Below are positions 9,107-18,014 of a stretch of 64,000 nucleotides of DNA, one piece after another; the first letter of the stretch is position 1; every line of letters begins with the position of its first letter. The stretch comes from an uncultured Prevotella sp. GTDB lineage: Bacteria; Bacteroidota; Bacteroidia; Bacteroidales; Bacteroidaceae. The stretch is taken from contig USJD01000001.1 in assembly GCA_900554835.1 (NCBI GenBank), forward strand, positions 24,758 to 88,757, written 5' to 3'. The translations under genes and the position numbers were made by a program. Under the pieces are notes generated by a model. That model saw nothing but the letters and a program-made list of their open reading frames with translations, was not told where the DNA came from and did not search any database.

Positions 9107-9906
9107 GAGGTGGTTATCCCGTATTCTTCAAAAAGATGTTTTTGCGGGGCAAATTCTCCTACAAAATCTGCTTCTGCCTGTAGTCTTGCTCTAATTGCTT
9201 CATCTTTTGTTAAATAAAATTCACTTAATACCTTAACTTTATTTACTTTTAATTCTGCATACCAACATCTAACTCTATGCTGATTATCCACATATCGAAC
9301 ACCTATAATACCACTTTTATTATCTTTTCTTTTATTTCTATTAACCATCTGCTGACTTCCAGTAGCTTCTCTAAGATTATATCTACGATTATTTAGTGGG
9401 TTTCTATCGGCATGATCCCAATTAACGACGTTTAAAAGTCTTGTTATTTTCAGCATCTTTTCATTTACAGTTGTCTGCAATGAATGATACCCAGTTTGAT
9501 CAACATGCTCATACCAACAATATTGTTTTACAACATCATAATCATTTGCATCAATGTAAAATTCTTTATTGGTATTATTTGTCCATCCGATATAATAATC
9601 CCCATATTCATCCGTTAATTTATCAGACCATTTATTTGGCTTGGTTTTAAATAATTGAGGAAGTTCTTGTAATGCTTCCCACCAAAGACACCCACATGAG
9701 CGTGTTGGTTTTCTTTTTCCATCTTCTCTTCTAAATAAATCACTAACATATATATCACAGATAGTATGATTTTCGCAATTACATTGGCATCTTACAGTTC
9801 TTCTGTAATATCCATTACTTTGTAATTTTGGTTCACCCTCTCCAAGAACAGTAAGCCTACCAAATTCTTGCCCTATATAGTCTTCAATATTTCTTTTATT
9901 CCCCAT
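9103..9906 (-). CDS. free-standing HNH homing endonuclease with AP2-type DNA-binding domain
   Basis: ORF 9103..9987 trimmed to MGNKRNIEDY (ATG at 9906, AAAGGTGA upstream). HNH core WDHADRNPLNNRRYNLREAT; AP2-like GIIGVRYV..WYAELKVNKV. Confidence 0.75.
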   Translation of the reverse strand: MGNKRNIEDYIGQEFGRLTVLGEGEPKLQSNGYYRRTVRCQCNCENHTICDIYVSDLFRREDGKRKPTRSCGCLWWEALQELPQLFKTKPNKWSDKLTDEYGDYYIGWTNNTNKEFYIDANDYDVVKQYCWYEHVDQTGYHSLQTTVNEKMLKITRLLNVVNWDHADRNPLNNRRYNLREATGSQQMVNRNKRKDNKSGIIGVRYVDNQHRVRCWYAELKVNKVKVLSEFYLTKDEAIRARLQAEADFVGEFAPQKHLFEEYGITTS

Positions 9907-9916
9907 ATAATCACCT

Positions 9917-11485
9917 TTAATTTGTTCCAATGAAACCGTGTTTTGGTTTTCCCCAACAACATTCGCTAAATGTCGCGTATCTACCATTAAACTTAAACAT
10001 TAATGCCGAACCAGATGAATTACTATTTTCGGAATTACGACTCTTTGCTAAGAAACAGAACTTCCAAGCATATTTAGGGTCACATAAATAGTCTTGGGCA
10101 ACCACATTCCCATCATTATCCTTCTTCATCTGATAAGGATGACAGAAATATTTTGACATAGGATCAAGCTCCTCTTTATATACATCTCTTAGACATAATA
10201 AAGTATCTAGCTGTTCGACCATTCCCTTTGCCCCAGAAAGCATATTAGAGTCAAGGAATAAAGATCCTTTTTGACTTTGGGTTAACTGTACAGAGGCACA
10301 CATAATCAAATTTAATTTTTTGGCTAAAATATCCAAATCTCTTGAATACTGAACTAATTCTTCCCATGCGGCAACATTACTATCTCTTTTGTTACTATCT
10401 GAAATTTTAAGAGTATCAAATATTACCATTGAATATCCATATTGTAAAGCATAAAATCTAATCTTTGCCTTTACAACATCAAAAGAGTTTTCTGATAACT
10501 GAATAAAGTGCATTCTCCCTTTATAATTATCATTAAAATATTTTTTTGCTTTTTGTAGCATAGCTTTATTTTCATCTGTAAGTTTACCCGCCATTAAATT
10601 TGATTTAGTAATTCCATACTCTTTAAAATGTTTGTATAGAATGAACAAAATCATATTAATTTTCCAAACTTTACTACTTTGTTCATTACAAATAATTAAG
10701 ATTTTCTCTTCTTTTGCCATAGCCATTGCTATTGAACACCACATCGCAGTTTTGCCACTTGATGAGAAACCGGCTATATAATGAGAAGCTTGTCTTGTAA
10801 ATCCTAAAGTAAGAGACGATAGATATGGAAATACATTCATTGTATCTCCATTTATATCTTCTCCTGCATAAGCATATGGAGTTCCATATTCCTCAGCATT
10901 TGCTAAAGATTCAAGAAATTCATCCGTAATTTCAATATCTACATCTTCAAGCAATTTTACATCATATCCACCTGCATACATTTTATTGAGCTGTGCCTCG
11001 TACCATTCTACAACTTCAACAGAAGTGAGACTTTTGAAAAAATCAAGCGGGGCCATTTCTCTTTTACCAATTTGAATCTTTTTTGTAAGATTAAATCCAG
11101 AATCATGCAACTTTAAAATTGTGTTATATTTATAAAGCTCATCAAGAATACTATCTCGATTTTTCAATGAAACAATAGTTGCTATATTATCAATTGCTTT
11201 ATATCCGCCACGTTCATTAAATTGTTCTAGCGTTTCCTCAGATAAATTACTAATTACTGCAACTTCATCAAATTCATTTAAATTTTTTGCACGAAGCTGA
11301 CGTTCTATTCCAAAATAAAAACGACCATCTTTACTTAAAAAATCTGTGCTAGATAAAGAAACTTCGTCTAAAATTAATGGGTCTTTCCACAGTATCCCTA
11401 TAACTGATGCTTCTGCATTAATGCGGCCCTCTAAAAGTTCCTTTGGATATTTATCCTCAACTCCTCTTAACCAAATGTCGTTCAT
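9917..11485 (-). CDS. DnaB-like replicative DNA helicase
   Basis: 522 aa; DnaB N-terminal-like AEASVIGILWKDP, Walker A GFSSSGKTAM, Walker B-like MVIFDTLK. Confidence 0.85.
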   Translation of the reverse strand: MNDIWLRGVEDKYPKELLEGRINAEASVIGILWKDPLILDEVSLSSTDFLSKDGRFYFGIERQLRAKNLNEFDEVAVISNLSEETLEQFNERGGYKAIDNIATIVSLKNRDSILDELYKYNTILKLHDSGFNLTKKIQIGKREMAPLDFFKSLTSVEVVEWYEAQLNKMYAGGYDVKLLEDVDIEITDEFLESLANAEEYGTPYAYAGEDINGDTMNVFPYLSSLTLGFTRQASHYIAGFSSSGKTAMWCSIAMAMAKEEKILIICNEQSSKVWKINMILFILYKHFKEYGITKSNLMAGKLTDENKAMLQKAKKYFNDNYKGRMHFIQLSENSFDVVKAKIRFYALQYGYSMVIFDTLKISDSNKRDSNVAAWEELVQYSRDLDILAKKLNLIMCASVQLTQSQKGSLFLDSNMLSGAKGMVEQLDTLLCLRDVYKEELDPMSKYFCHPYQMKKDNDGNVVAQDYLCDPKYAWKFCFLAKSRNSENSNSSGSALMFKFNGRYATFSECCWGKPKHGFIGTN

Positions 11486-11982
11486 AGATCATCCTCCAGT
11501 TCCGCAAATGACTTACGCATTTTTTTGCTTTCTTTTATTGGTTCAAATAACTCAAAAAAAGAATCATTTTTCACTTCTATTTTCTCTGGTTCTTTCCTTG
11601 GCTCTACTTTATAATCAACCAGTGAATTTTTTAATATCGCAGACATATACCTTACCCGTGCGTACTCAGTACTATTTAATTTGCCTACTGCGCCTTTTAT
11701 GTAATCCTTATTCTCCTGAATATAACTCAGGATTTTTTCATTAGATGCAAGCTCATTCCAACATTTCCATTCCTTGAATAAAGCTGAATTTTGTATTTTA
11801 TAACCAAAAATATCTACTATTTCTGCATATATAGCGTCCTTATCTGCCTTTTCTTTTGCTGCAGCCTCGACTTTTTTGAAACAGCTTTCATTACAGTAAT
11901 ATTTATTACCCTTTTCCGTAGTCACCTTATACGCGTTCTCACGTTCAATCTTATTTCCACAGCACTTGCATTTAACTAACAT
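11482..11982 (-). CDS. hypothetical protein with N-terminal zinc ribbon (possible replication accessory protein)
   Basis: ORF track; CKCCG..YYCNESC; 4-nt overlap with the helicase start. Confidence 0.55.
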   Translation of the reverse strand: MLVKCKCCGNKIERENAYKVTTEKGNKYYCNESCFKKVEAAAKEKADKDAIYAEIVDIFGYKIQNSALFKEWKCWNELASNEKILSYIQENKDYIKGAVGKLNSTEYARVRYMSAILKNSLVDYKVEPRKEPEKIEVKNDSFFELFEPIKESKKMRKSFAELEDDL

Positions 11983-11999
11983 AACATCACCACCTAAAC

Positions 12000-12026
12000 A
12001 AAAAAAATGGGGAGGTTGCCCTCCCC
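12000..12026 (-). terminator. intrinsic terminator
   Basis: On the - strand, GGGGAGG-GCAA-CCTCCCC followed by ATTTTTTT; lies just after the stop of 12033..13211. Confidence 0.6.
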
Positions 12027-12032
12027 TTGTTC

Positions 12033-13211
12033 TTAAGACAGAGCCTCTAGAATTCTCTTTAGAGTTGCCTCATCATGAATATTCGCTAGTTTGCCTCCAT
12101 TTAGGATGCCTCTAACTTCTTTCTTGAGTGCAGCATCTGCATTTTTGAAAAGAGCATTTATTTCTTCTTTTACAGCTTCCTCATCAAAAGAGTCATCCTC
12201 GTCCTCATCATCTAGGTCAAATGGAAGATCCATATCATCCTCTTCATCTATCTGTTCTGACATTGCTTCAATTTCAGGATCTTCCTCTACAGGCGCAGGC
12301 GCGGGTACGGGCGCAGAAATAGGAGCAGCCTTTGCTACTGGCTTGCTTTCAGAAGTTCCATTAGGATGTTTGCTCTGTTCATCTAGTGCATCTCTAACCG
12401 CCTGAATAAAGTTGGCAGCTCCAAAATCTACCTTTGCAACAATATATGGGAAGTGGCTCTTACAATCAACAGCATTTTCCGTATCAGCAAAAACCATAAC
12501 TCTCTTACGATCTGTAAGCTGACCAATTTTATCCATCTTCTTAGTGAAAGCGTTCTTCTTTTCCTCTACATTGTCTACAACATTCTCTGTATAGCACATC
12601 GCTACAAGATTTACCTTGTCCTTTAAAGCATTGTAATACTTATTATCAAGGTTACAAGTTAGCTGCTCAAACTGAATCTTAGTAATGACATCCTCTTTTA
12701 GCTTTGTCTTTGTATGTCCAACAAGTAGCAGAGAATAACCAGCATTCTGTAGCTTCATAATCTGAGTTAGCATAAGGTCACAAGCTCTGCTTTCACCCTT
12801 CTGGAATCCCTTATATGCCTGTGCTATCGACTTTGCTCTATCGTTAATATCACAGGTCTTATTCCATTCTGCAACAACATAATTCTCCGTTATACGGGCA
12901 AATTCATCCATAGAATCTATTGCTACAAACTTTGTATCTGGGTACTCTGCCTTGTTCTCACAAAGTTCCTTTACAATATCAGTAAAGGTCTTAAAATCTG
13001 GGGCAACATCACCGAATGCATCATCAATATGCTTTGGTTTATTTTCAACGCCGCAAGTAATAATAAATGTACCTTCATTACTACCAGTGATTAGCTTACC
13101 AATTTCATAAACCATGGTGGTCTTACCTATACCACCAATGCCGTTAATAATATAACTGTAATCTTCAAAATTCTTACTTAATCTATAAGTATGTCCAAAC
13201 TTTCTTGCCAT
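12033..13211 (-). CDS. P-loop AAA/RecA-fold ATPase with acidic C-terminal region
   Basis: 392 aa; Walker A INGIGGIGKTT, Walker B-like KFVAIDSMDE; long D/E-rich tail. Confidence 0.6.
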   Translation of the reverse strand: MARKFGHTYRLSKNFEDYSYIINGIGGIGKTTMVYEIGKLITGSNEGTFIITCGVENKPKHIDDAFGDVAPDFKTFTDIVKELCENKAEYPDTKFVAIDSMDEFARITENYVVAEWNKTCDINDRAKSIAQAYKGFQKGESRACDLMLTQIMKLQNAGYSLLLVGHTKTKLKEDVITKIQFEQLTCNLDNKYYNALKDKVNLVAMCYTENVVDNVEEKKNAFTKKMDKIGQLTDRKRVMVFADTENAVDCKSHFPYIVAKVDFGAANFIQAVRDALDEQSKHPNGTSESKPVAKAAPISAPVPAPAPVEEDPEIEAMSEQIDEEDDMDLPFDLDDEDEDDSFDEEAVKEEINALFKNADAALKKEVRGILNGGKLANIHDEATLKRILEALS

Positions 13212-13232
13212 AATCTTAACTCCTTTTTATAA

Positions 13233-13247
13233 TTAATTTTGTACTGT
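13233..13247 (-). promoter_or_regulatory. 15-nt motif ACAGTACAAAATTAA (no recognisable -35/-10)
   Basis: Sits between the terminator hairpin 13247-13270 and the RBS of the ATPase gene. Confidence 0.5.
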
Positions 13248-13270
13248 AAAAGGGAAAATTAATTTCCCTT
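13247..13270 (-). terminator. terminator-like hairpin
   Basis: AGGGAAA-loop-TTTCCCT followed by TTTT on the - strand; directly after the stop of 13269..14384. Confidence 0.5.
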
Positions 13271-14384
13271 ATAAAATATCCTCATCGTCATCATCACTTG
13301 AATCAACCGGAGGTTCTTTCATAGGTTTCTTAATTAGATCATTCACCTCATAATTAGTAGGCTCACTTCCTGTAGAAAATCCACGTCCCGGCTTTTCAAT
13401 CCTAATTTCCTGAATTTTGTCTTCGACTTTACTACCTCCAACATCACGAATAGCATCTTCAAGAGAAATGAGACCAAGATCTATATATTCTTTTGTATCT
13501 TCGCTTAGATCTTCATATGTTACAGCAACCCTTGAGCTACCATTAATCTGCTGACATGCAAGACCCATCTTACGAACCTCGTCATCTTCAAACTTACTAA
13601 AAACTTTCTTCCATCCCTTAATCTTCTTTTTACCAGCTTCATCTGTACCACATCTCATTGCAAGAGTTATAGGACAGAACCAAGATTTCTTTGTATTGTT
13701 ATCATAAAATTGAGTATATCCTGATACAATTGCCTTACCAGTTTCGCTATAATCTTCGCAATCCATTGCATTTTCAGTATAAAAGAAATCAATATTAACA
13801 CTGCTATCTGTATCTACATCATCGTCAACTTTATATATCTTAGTAACTTCATATGTTGAATAATATCTATCGTCTTTTGAACTATATGTATAATTGATAT
13901 TTCCATTAACTCTAAATTTTATATTCTTCATTTTATCTGAATTAACTACCCTGTTTACATATTCACAGAATTCAGTAGGAGCAAGAAAATGATGTTCTTT
14001 CTTCTTTGATGCAGCAAGGGCCTCCGCATCTCCACTATTTTCTATTGCACTACGATGGCTCTTAGTGTCAAGATCTACAGTATATATTTTCCATCCTGCC
14101 ATTCTATTTATAATTGTTGGATCGTTTCTCTGACTCCAAGGCACTTGGAAGGATTCCCCCTTCTTTCCGTTTTCTGCCTTAGTCATTCCATATATAACAT
14201 TCTTATTTTCATCTGCCCAACGTCCTGCATTAATTTCCACAAATTGTGTATTATCACCTGCCTGCACTATAAAACGTAGTCTTTCTGACATCCATCCGCT
14301 ATCGTAATGAGTTACTGAAAAACTCTTTCTATTTTCTGAGTCTTTAATGGGCCTCAGATAACCCACATAACTAAATGTATTCAT
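13269..14384 (-). CDS. hypothetical protein, possible ssDNA-binding protein
   Basis: 371 aa; lies in the replication module; ends in the acidic tail DSSDDDDEDIL, as SSB-type proteins do. Function is inference only. Confidence 0.4.
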   Translation of the reverse strand: MNTFSYVGYLRPIKDSENRKSFSVTHYDSGWMSERLRFIVQAGDNTQFVEINAGRWADENKNVIYGMTKAENGKKGESFQVPWSQRNDPTIINRMAGWKIYTVDLDTKSHRSAIENSGDAEALAASKKKEHHFLAPTEFCEYVNRVVNSDKMKNIKFRVNGNINYTYSSKDDRYYSTYEVTKIYKVDDDVDTDSSVNIDFFYTENAMDCEDYSETGKAIVSGYTQFYDNNTKKSWFCPITLAMRCGTDEAGKKKIKGWKKVFSKFEDDEVRKMGLACQQINGSSRVAVTYEDLSEDTKEYIDLGLISLEDAIRDVGGSKVEDKIQEIRIEKPGRGFSTGSEPTNYEVNDLIKKPMKEPPVDSSDDDDEDIL

Positions 14385-14443
14385 TGTGATTTACCTCCAT
14401 TAACATTATCAATAATATATCCTAATTTTATTGCATTCTTTCT

Positions 14444-14458
14444 TTAATTTTGTATTGT
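14444..14458 (-). promoter_or_regulatory. 15-nt motif ACAATACAAAATTAA
   Basis: Starts at the last base of the stop codon of 14458..14661; about 60 nt upstream of the ATG at 14384. Confidence 0.5.
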
Positions 14459-14661
14459 TAATAATATCTCGAATCTTTTGTCACGTCGTATAATTCATAA
14501 TAATCTAATATGCTTTCCCCGCACCATAATTGCTTCGTTTCTGTTCCACACTGTTCACAATAAAACGTTTTATATATGTCATCAGAATCAACCTGATAAA
14601 ATATTTCCATATAATGAACTTCTCCACATTCGGAACATTGCCAATAGGATTTCTTTTTCAT
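14458..14661 (-). CDS. hypothetical zinc-ribbon protein (start trimmed)
   Basis: ORF 14458..14718 trimmed to MKKKSYWQCSECG..CEQCG; start uncertain. Confidence 0.45.
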   Translation of the reverse strand: MKKKSYWQCSECGEVHYMEIFYQVDSDDIYKTFYCEQCGTETKQLWCGESILDYYELYDVTKDSRYY

Positions 14662-14738
14662 AATTTCGCCTGATGTCACGCGACATTTCAGCTCCCTCCT
14701 TTCCGGTTTTAGGCACACAGCCTTTCTACTATGTGCCT

Positions 14739-14767
14739 ATTATACCATACAAAATTAATGTTGTCAA
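14739..14767 (-). promoter_or_regulatory. sigmaA-type promoter TTGACA-17-TATAAT
   Basis: -35 at 14762-14767, -10 at 14739-14744; the spacer carries an inverted copy of the 15-nt motif (14744-14758 on the + strand). Confidence 0.6.
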
Positions 14768-15015
14768 CCCCTTTTGACAATTTTAATTTCCATGTCCTTT
14801 CCGTTAATAATTATCTCATTGTCCCCTACGACATAATCTACAATTTCACCCTCGCGTATATAAATAGTTTGTTCCTTACAATGGAACCCATAACCAATTT
14901 CTGTTTCTGGGTCAAACTTCATTTGAATATGTTGACTACCAAAAAATCTATGCTTTGTATAGATCTCAACATATTCTCCTCTCATCTCTTCTAGTGCTTC
15001 TTTTAATTTTATCAT
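14764..15015 (-). CDS. hypothetical protein (83 aa)
   Basis: ORF track. Confidence 0.55.
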   Translation of the reverse strand: MIKLKEALEEMRGEYVEIYTKHRFFGSQHIQMKFDPETEIGYGFHCKEQTIYIREGEIVDYVVGDNEIIINGKDMEIKIVKRG

Positions 15016-15052
15016 GCCTAAATTCGCCCCTTTTACGTAAGTTTATACAAGT

Positions 15053-15081
15053 ATATTACCACAATTTCCTGTATCTTGCAA
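15053..15081 (-). promoter_or_regulatory. sigmaA-type promoter TTGCAA-17-(TGg)TAATAT with extended -10
   Basis: -35 at 15076-15081, -10 at 15053-15058, TG at -15/-14. Confidence 0.55.
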
Positions 15082-15113
15082 GAACATATGTGCCCCCTGT
15101 TACAATTTTCTAA

Positions 15114-15128
15114 TTAATTTTGTACTGT
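15114..15128 (-). promoter_or_regulatory. 15-nt motif ACAGTACAAAATTAA
   Basis: Between hairpin 15144-15166 and the promoter at 15053-15081. Confidence 0.5.
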
Positions 15129-15143
15129 GTCATATTGACAAAG

Positions 15144-15166
15144 GAGCAATATTATATATATTGCTC
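15144..15166 (-). terminator. terminator-like hairpin overlapping the stop codon of 15152..16057
   Basis: GAGCAATAT-loop-ATATTGCTC; weak T-tract. Confidence 0.4.
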
Positions 15167-16057
15167 ATACTTTTGGGCCACATTATCTACCCAATAGTTA
15201 CCAAAATCATAACGTTTTGCTAATATCTCACCTTGTTTTGTCTTTAGAAATTCTCTTAACCCTAATTTTTTCTCTTCCATACCTAGTTGAAGATAATGCC
15301 ATAATCCTGATGCTGCAATATTTTTCATGGTAAGTCCCGGAATATCTAAATAATCTCTAAACATTTGTATTCGACGATAAACATATCTAAAACGTGAATC
15401 CTCGGTACTTACGCCCCTCATATTAAATCTTTCCTTATAAATTCTTCCTTTGCCGTTAACTTCAATAATCTTTGCAGTTTCTCCGTATGACATAATTTCT
15501 TCTTCTGCAAATGCCTTTGGAAGAATTTCTTTCAACCTATCGGTTATTGCATATTCTTTTCCATTAATGTATAAAACATCCCCTCTTACACATTCAACAG
15601 AAACAGCCAGTAAATCAACCATACTTTTCCCCGCAACACCCTCCCATAATAATTCTACAATTGCTTTATCAGACCAATTAAGCAATTGGGATTCGATATC
15701 ATCCAACTCTTCTCTTGTTAATAAAAGAATTGCATCTTTACTTATTAACTTGGCAAGATCTGCTTTTTCTATTGTTTCAAAAGCATTATTCTCAATATTT
15801 CCAGTTACCCAACGAGAATAATGCTTTAACACTACGCAATAATTCAATAATGAATTTATAGATTTCGCCTTAAATTTTGCGAACATATCAAGTATCTCAT
15901 CTTTAGTAAAATCTGAAACATCCTTATTATACTTTTCTTCAAAAGGTTCGGTCTTTTTTAATATTGCATAAAGGCTGGTCTTTGCAATAACTTTACTTCT
16001 TAAATATTCTTTCGCAAACTTTTCTTTTTGTTCTTGATTATACATCTCCTTCTTCAC
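15152..16057 (-). CDS. integrase-fold (SAM-like N-terminal domain) protein lacking catalytic residues; candidate MrpR/YopR-like repressor
   Basis: 301 aa; N-terminus resembles the core-binding domain of phage integrases; where HxxR would be it has LTMKNIAASGLWHYL; adjacent to a true integrase, as yopR is to yopP in SPbeta. Confidence 0.45.
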   Translation of the reverse strand: MKKEMYNQEQKEKFAKEYLRSKVIAKTSLYAILKKTEPFEEKYNKDVSDFTKDEILDMFAKFKAKSINSLLNYCVVLKHYSRWVTGNIENNAFETIEKADLAKLISKDAILLLTREELDDIESQLLNWSDKAIVELLWEGVAGKSMVDLLAVSVECVRGDVLYINGKEYAITDRLKEILPKAFAEEEIMSYGETAKIIEVNGKGRIYKERFNMRGVSTEDSRFRYVYRRIQMFRDYLDIPGLTMKNIAASGLWHYLQLGMEEKKLGLREFLKTKQGEILAKRYDFGNYWVDNVAQKYEQYI

Positions 16058-16068
16058 TCCTCAATTTA

Positions 16069-16097
16069 ATTGTAACAATACAATTTTAATTTGTCAA
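16069..16097 (-). promoter_or_regulatory. sigmaA-type promoter TTGACA-17-TACAAT
   Basis: -35 at 16092-16097, -10 at 16069-16074; the spacer has a motif-like sequence in inverted orientation (16075-16089). Confidence 0.55.
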
Positions 16098-17074
16098 ACC
16101 ATATCATCCATAATATTTATTGCCTGTTTAAGTTTCTTATTAGACATATCGGCGTAACGCATAGTTGTAGAAATATTGCTATGATGCAATTGTGCAGAGG
16201 CCAAATAAAGATCTCCTGTCTTTTCATAAATTGCAGTCGCGCATGAATGCCTTAGTACATGCGGAGTAATTTTTTTATTAGTTACACCCTCCGCATATTT
16301 AATTAACAGCTTTCTTATCGCATCATAACTAATACGCTGCCCATACTGAGATACAAACAGAGCATTAGTATTAGCCTTGCCAAAATATTTTTCCCTATCC
16401 TTTAACCATGCAACAAGAACTTTCTTAACCTTTTTACTAATCAATATATCAAATTCTTTATTTCTTTTTTCAATTACATGGATAGTATTATTCTCCAAGT
16501 TTATATCTTCAATATTAATCTGCTCAAGCGCAGCGACACGAATGCCTGTAGTTACACCAAGCATGAACAGCAAAAGATCCCTATTTACCATAGTTTCTTT
16601 TGCTTCATCCTCAATACACTCAATAATTCCTGTAATTTCATCCTCTGTTAAATAAGTCGCAGAAGGCTTATCAGTAATTTTAGGTCTGCTCTTTTTTGAA
16701 ACAGGATTTATTGTTATTTGCTTTGTATCAACCAAAAAATCAAAAAACGAATTTAGTGCATACCAATGACTTGCTCTAAATGAACTTGAAGTTGCCTTTG
16801 TTCTTCCCTTAATCGTTTTTGTTTCAAGACTAATCATATATTTATTAACATCCATAGTTGAAACATTTTTATAAAAATTTCTACTATCATTTCCATTTGT
16901 TGTAAATTCCATAAAATTTTTCATGGAATTGATATACTCTCCAATAGTCCTATAGGACTTTTTTTCTGCACGAAGGGTGTAATAATATTCTGTAAAGATT
17001 TCAGGTAATGATTTAAGTTTATTTTCAATCTTTGCAAATTCTATAGTTTCTTTTTCTAAACGTCCATTACTCAT
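16094..17074 (-). CDS. tyrosine recombinase / phage integrase
   Basis: 326 aa; GIRVAAL (Arg), HVLRHSCAT (HxxR) and LHHSNISTTMRYA (His..Tyr) form the catalytic signature. Confidence 0.85.
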   Translation of the reverse strand: MSNGRLEKETIEFAKIENKLKSLPEIFTEYYYTLRAEKKSYRTIGEYINSMKNFMEFTTNGNDSRNFYKNVSTMDVNKYMISLETKTIKGRTKATSSSFRASHWYALNSFFDFLVDTKQITINPVSKKSRPKITDKPSATYLTEDEITGIIECIEDEAKETMVNRDLLLFMLGVTTGIRVAALEQINIEDINLENNTIHVIEKRNKEFDILISKKVKKVLVAWLKDREKYFGKANTNALFVSQYGQRISYDAIRKLLIKYAEGVTNKKITPHVLRHSCATAIYEKTGDLYLASAQLHHSNISTTMRYADMSNKKLKQAINIMDDMV

Positions 17075-17519
17075 AATAATAATTCTCCTCTTTAATTTTC
17101 TTTCTCTTATTAAAGAAATAAATACTCGCCGCTATCCAACCCATCCACCAGTCCTTGAAAAGCAAAAGCCCAAGCATGATAAATATATAAGCAATCCAGC
17201 CGAAAAACAGTTCCGGAATCTTGCTGTCCTTTACATAGCGTTTCCGCGCTTCAAGTTCAGTGTAATAATTGCCTTCTGTAATTTCAATAATCTTATTAGG
17301 GACATCTTCAGGTTTAACTCCAATATGATTCTGACATATCCCGCCGCTAAAATTAAAATCCTCGTACATTATATCTAATGGGTGTCCGTCACATCCACAA
17401 ACACCCCAAAAGACAGCATTAACTACTTTGCCATACTTCGGCTCTTTCATTGTAAATTTGGTGCCAGAATAATATCTGACACCGTTATACTCGAAATATG
17501 CTTCCTTATTCACTAGCAT
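17067..17519 (-). CDS. hypothetical protein with C-terminal TM segments (start trimmed, uncertain)
   Basis: ORF 17067..17561 trimmed to MLVNKEAYF; a GTG 6 nt downstream is an alternative start. Confidence 0.45.
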   Translation of the reverse strand: MLVNKEAYFEYNGVRYYSGTKFTMKEPKYGKVVNAVFWGVCGCDGHPLDIMYEDFNFSGGICQNHIGVKPEDVPNKIIEITEGNYYTELEARKRYVKDSKIPELFFGWIAYIFIMLGLLLFKDWWMGWIAASIYFFNKRKKIKEENYYYE

Positions 17520-17727
17520 CCTCCAAACAAATAATAGCTTCTTCAAGTGCATCAACCGCACTACTCAAATTATCCTGCGCTTCCTGTGACATATCTCCAC
17601 GTTCTGAACCCTGCAAACTCTCAGGCATATTATCAAATGCTTCTTCCTCGTCTGCCAATATAGATGACACAACGTTTTCAATTTGTCTAATTGCGTTTGC
17701 TATTTCTTTACGTCTTTTATTATTCAT
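17506..17727 (-). CDS. hypothetical acidic protein (73 aa)
   Basis: ORF track. Confidence 0.55.
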   Translation of the reverse strand: MNNKRRKEIANAIRQIENVVSSILADEEEAFDNMPESLQGSERGDMSQEAQDNLSSAVDALEEAIICLEDASE

Positions 17728-17957
17728 TACACAACTCCCCTTATCTTCTTTTCAATTTCCATCTTACGGTCTTTTCTTTTCTGTTTAGCACGAGCACGCT
17801 GGGCCCACCATTCATGCTCAAGATTTTTATCAAGGTGCCAACATTGTTTTTTAAGGCATTCTTTCCCTGTAATTTGTTTTGGGGTCATGTAACACCCATG
17901 TCTTTTGCAATACCCAGCGCAGTTATTACTGCACGTCCCATAAAGCGTATTTTCCAT
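17727..17957 (-). CDS. hypothetical Cys-rich basic protein (76 aa)
   Basis: ORF track. Confidence 0.5.
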   Translation of the reverse strand: MENTLYGTCSNNCAGYCKRHGCYMTPKQITGKECLKKQCWHLDKNLEHEWWAQRARAKQKRKDRKMEIEKKIRGVV

Positions 17958-17977
17958 ATATCATCTTCCTTTCTTGG

Positions 17978-18006
17978 ATTATACCAAATTAATTTTGTCT
18001 TGTCAA
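17978..18006 (-). promoter_or_regulatory. sigmaA-type promoter TTGACA-17-(TGg)TATAAT with a motif variant in the spacer
   Basis: -35 at 18001-18006, -10 at 17978-17983; the spacer reads AGACAAAATTAATTTGG (motif at 17989-18003). Confidence 0.6.
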
Positions 18007-18014
18007 GTCTAAAT

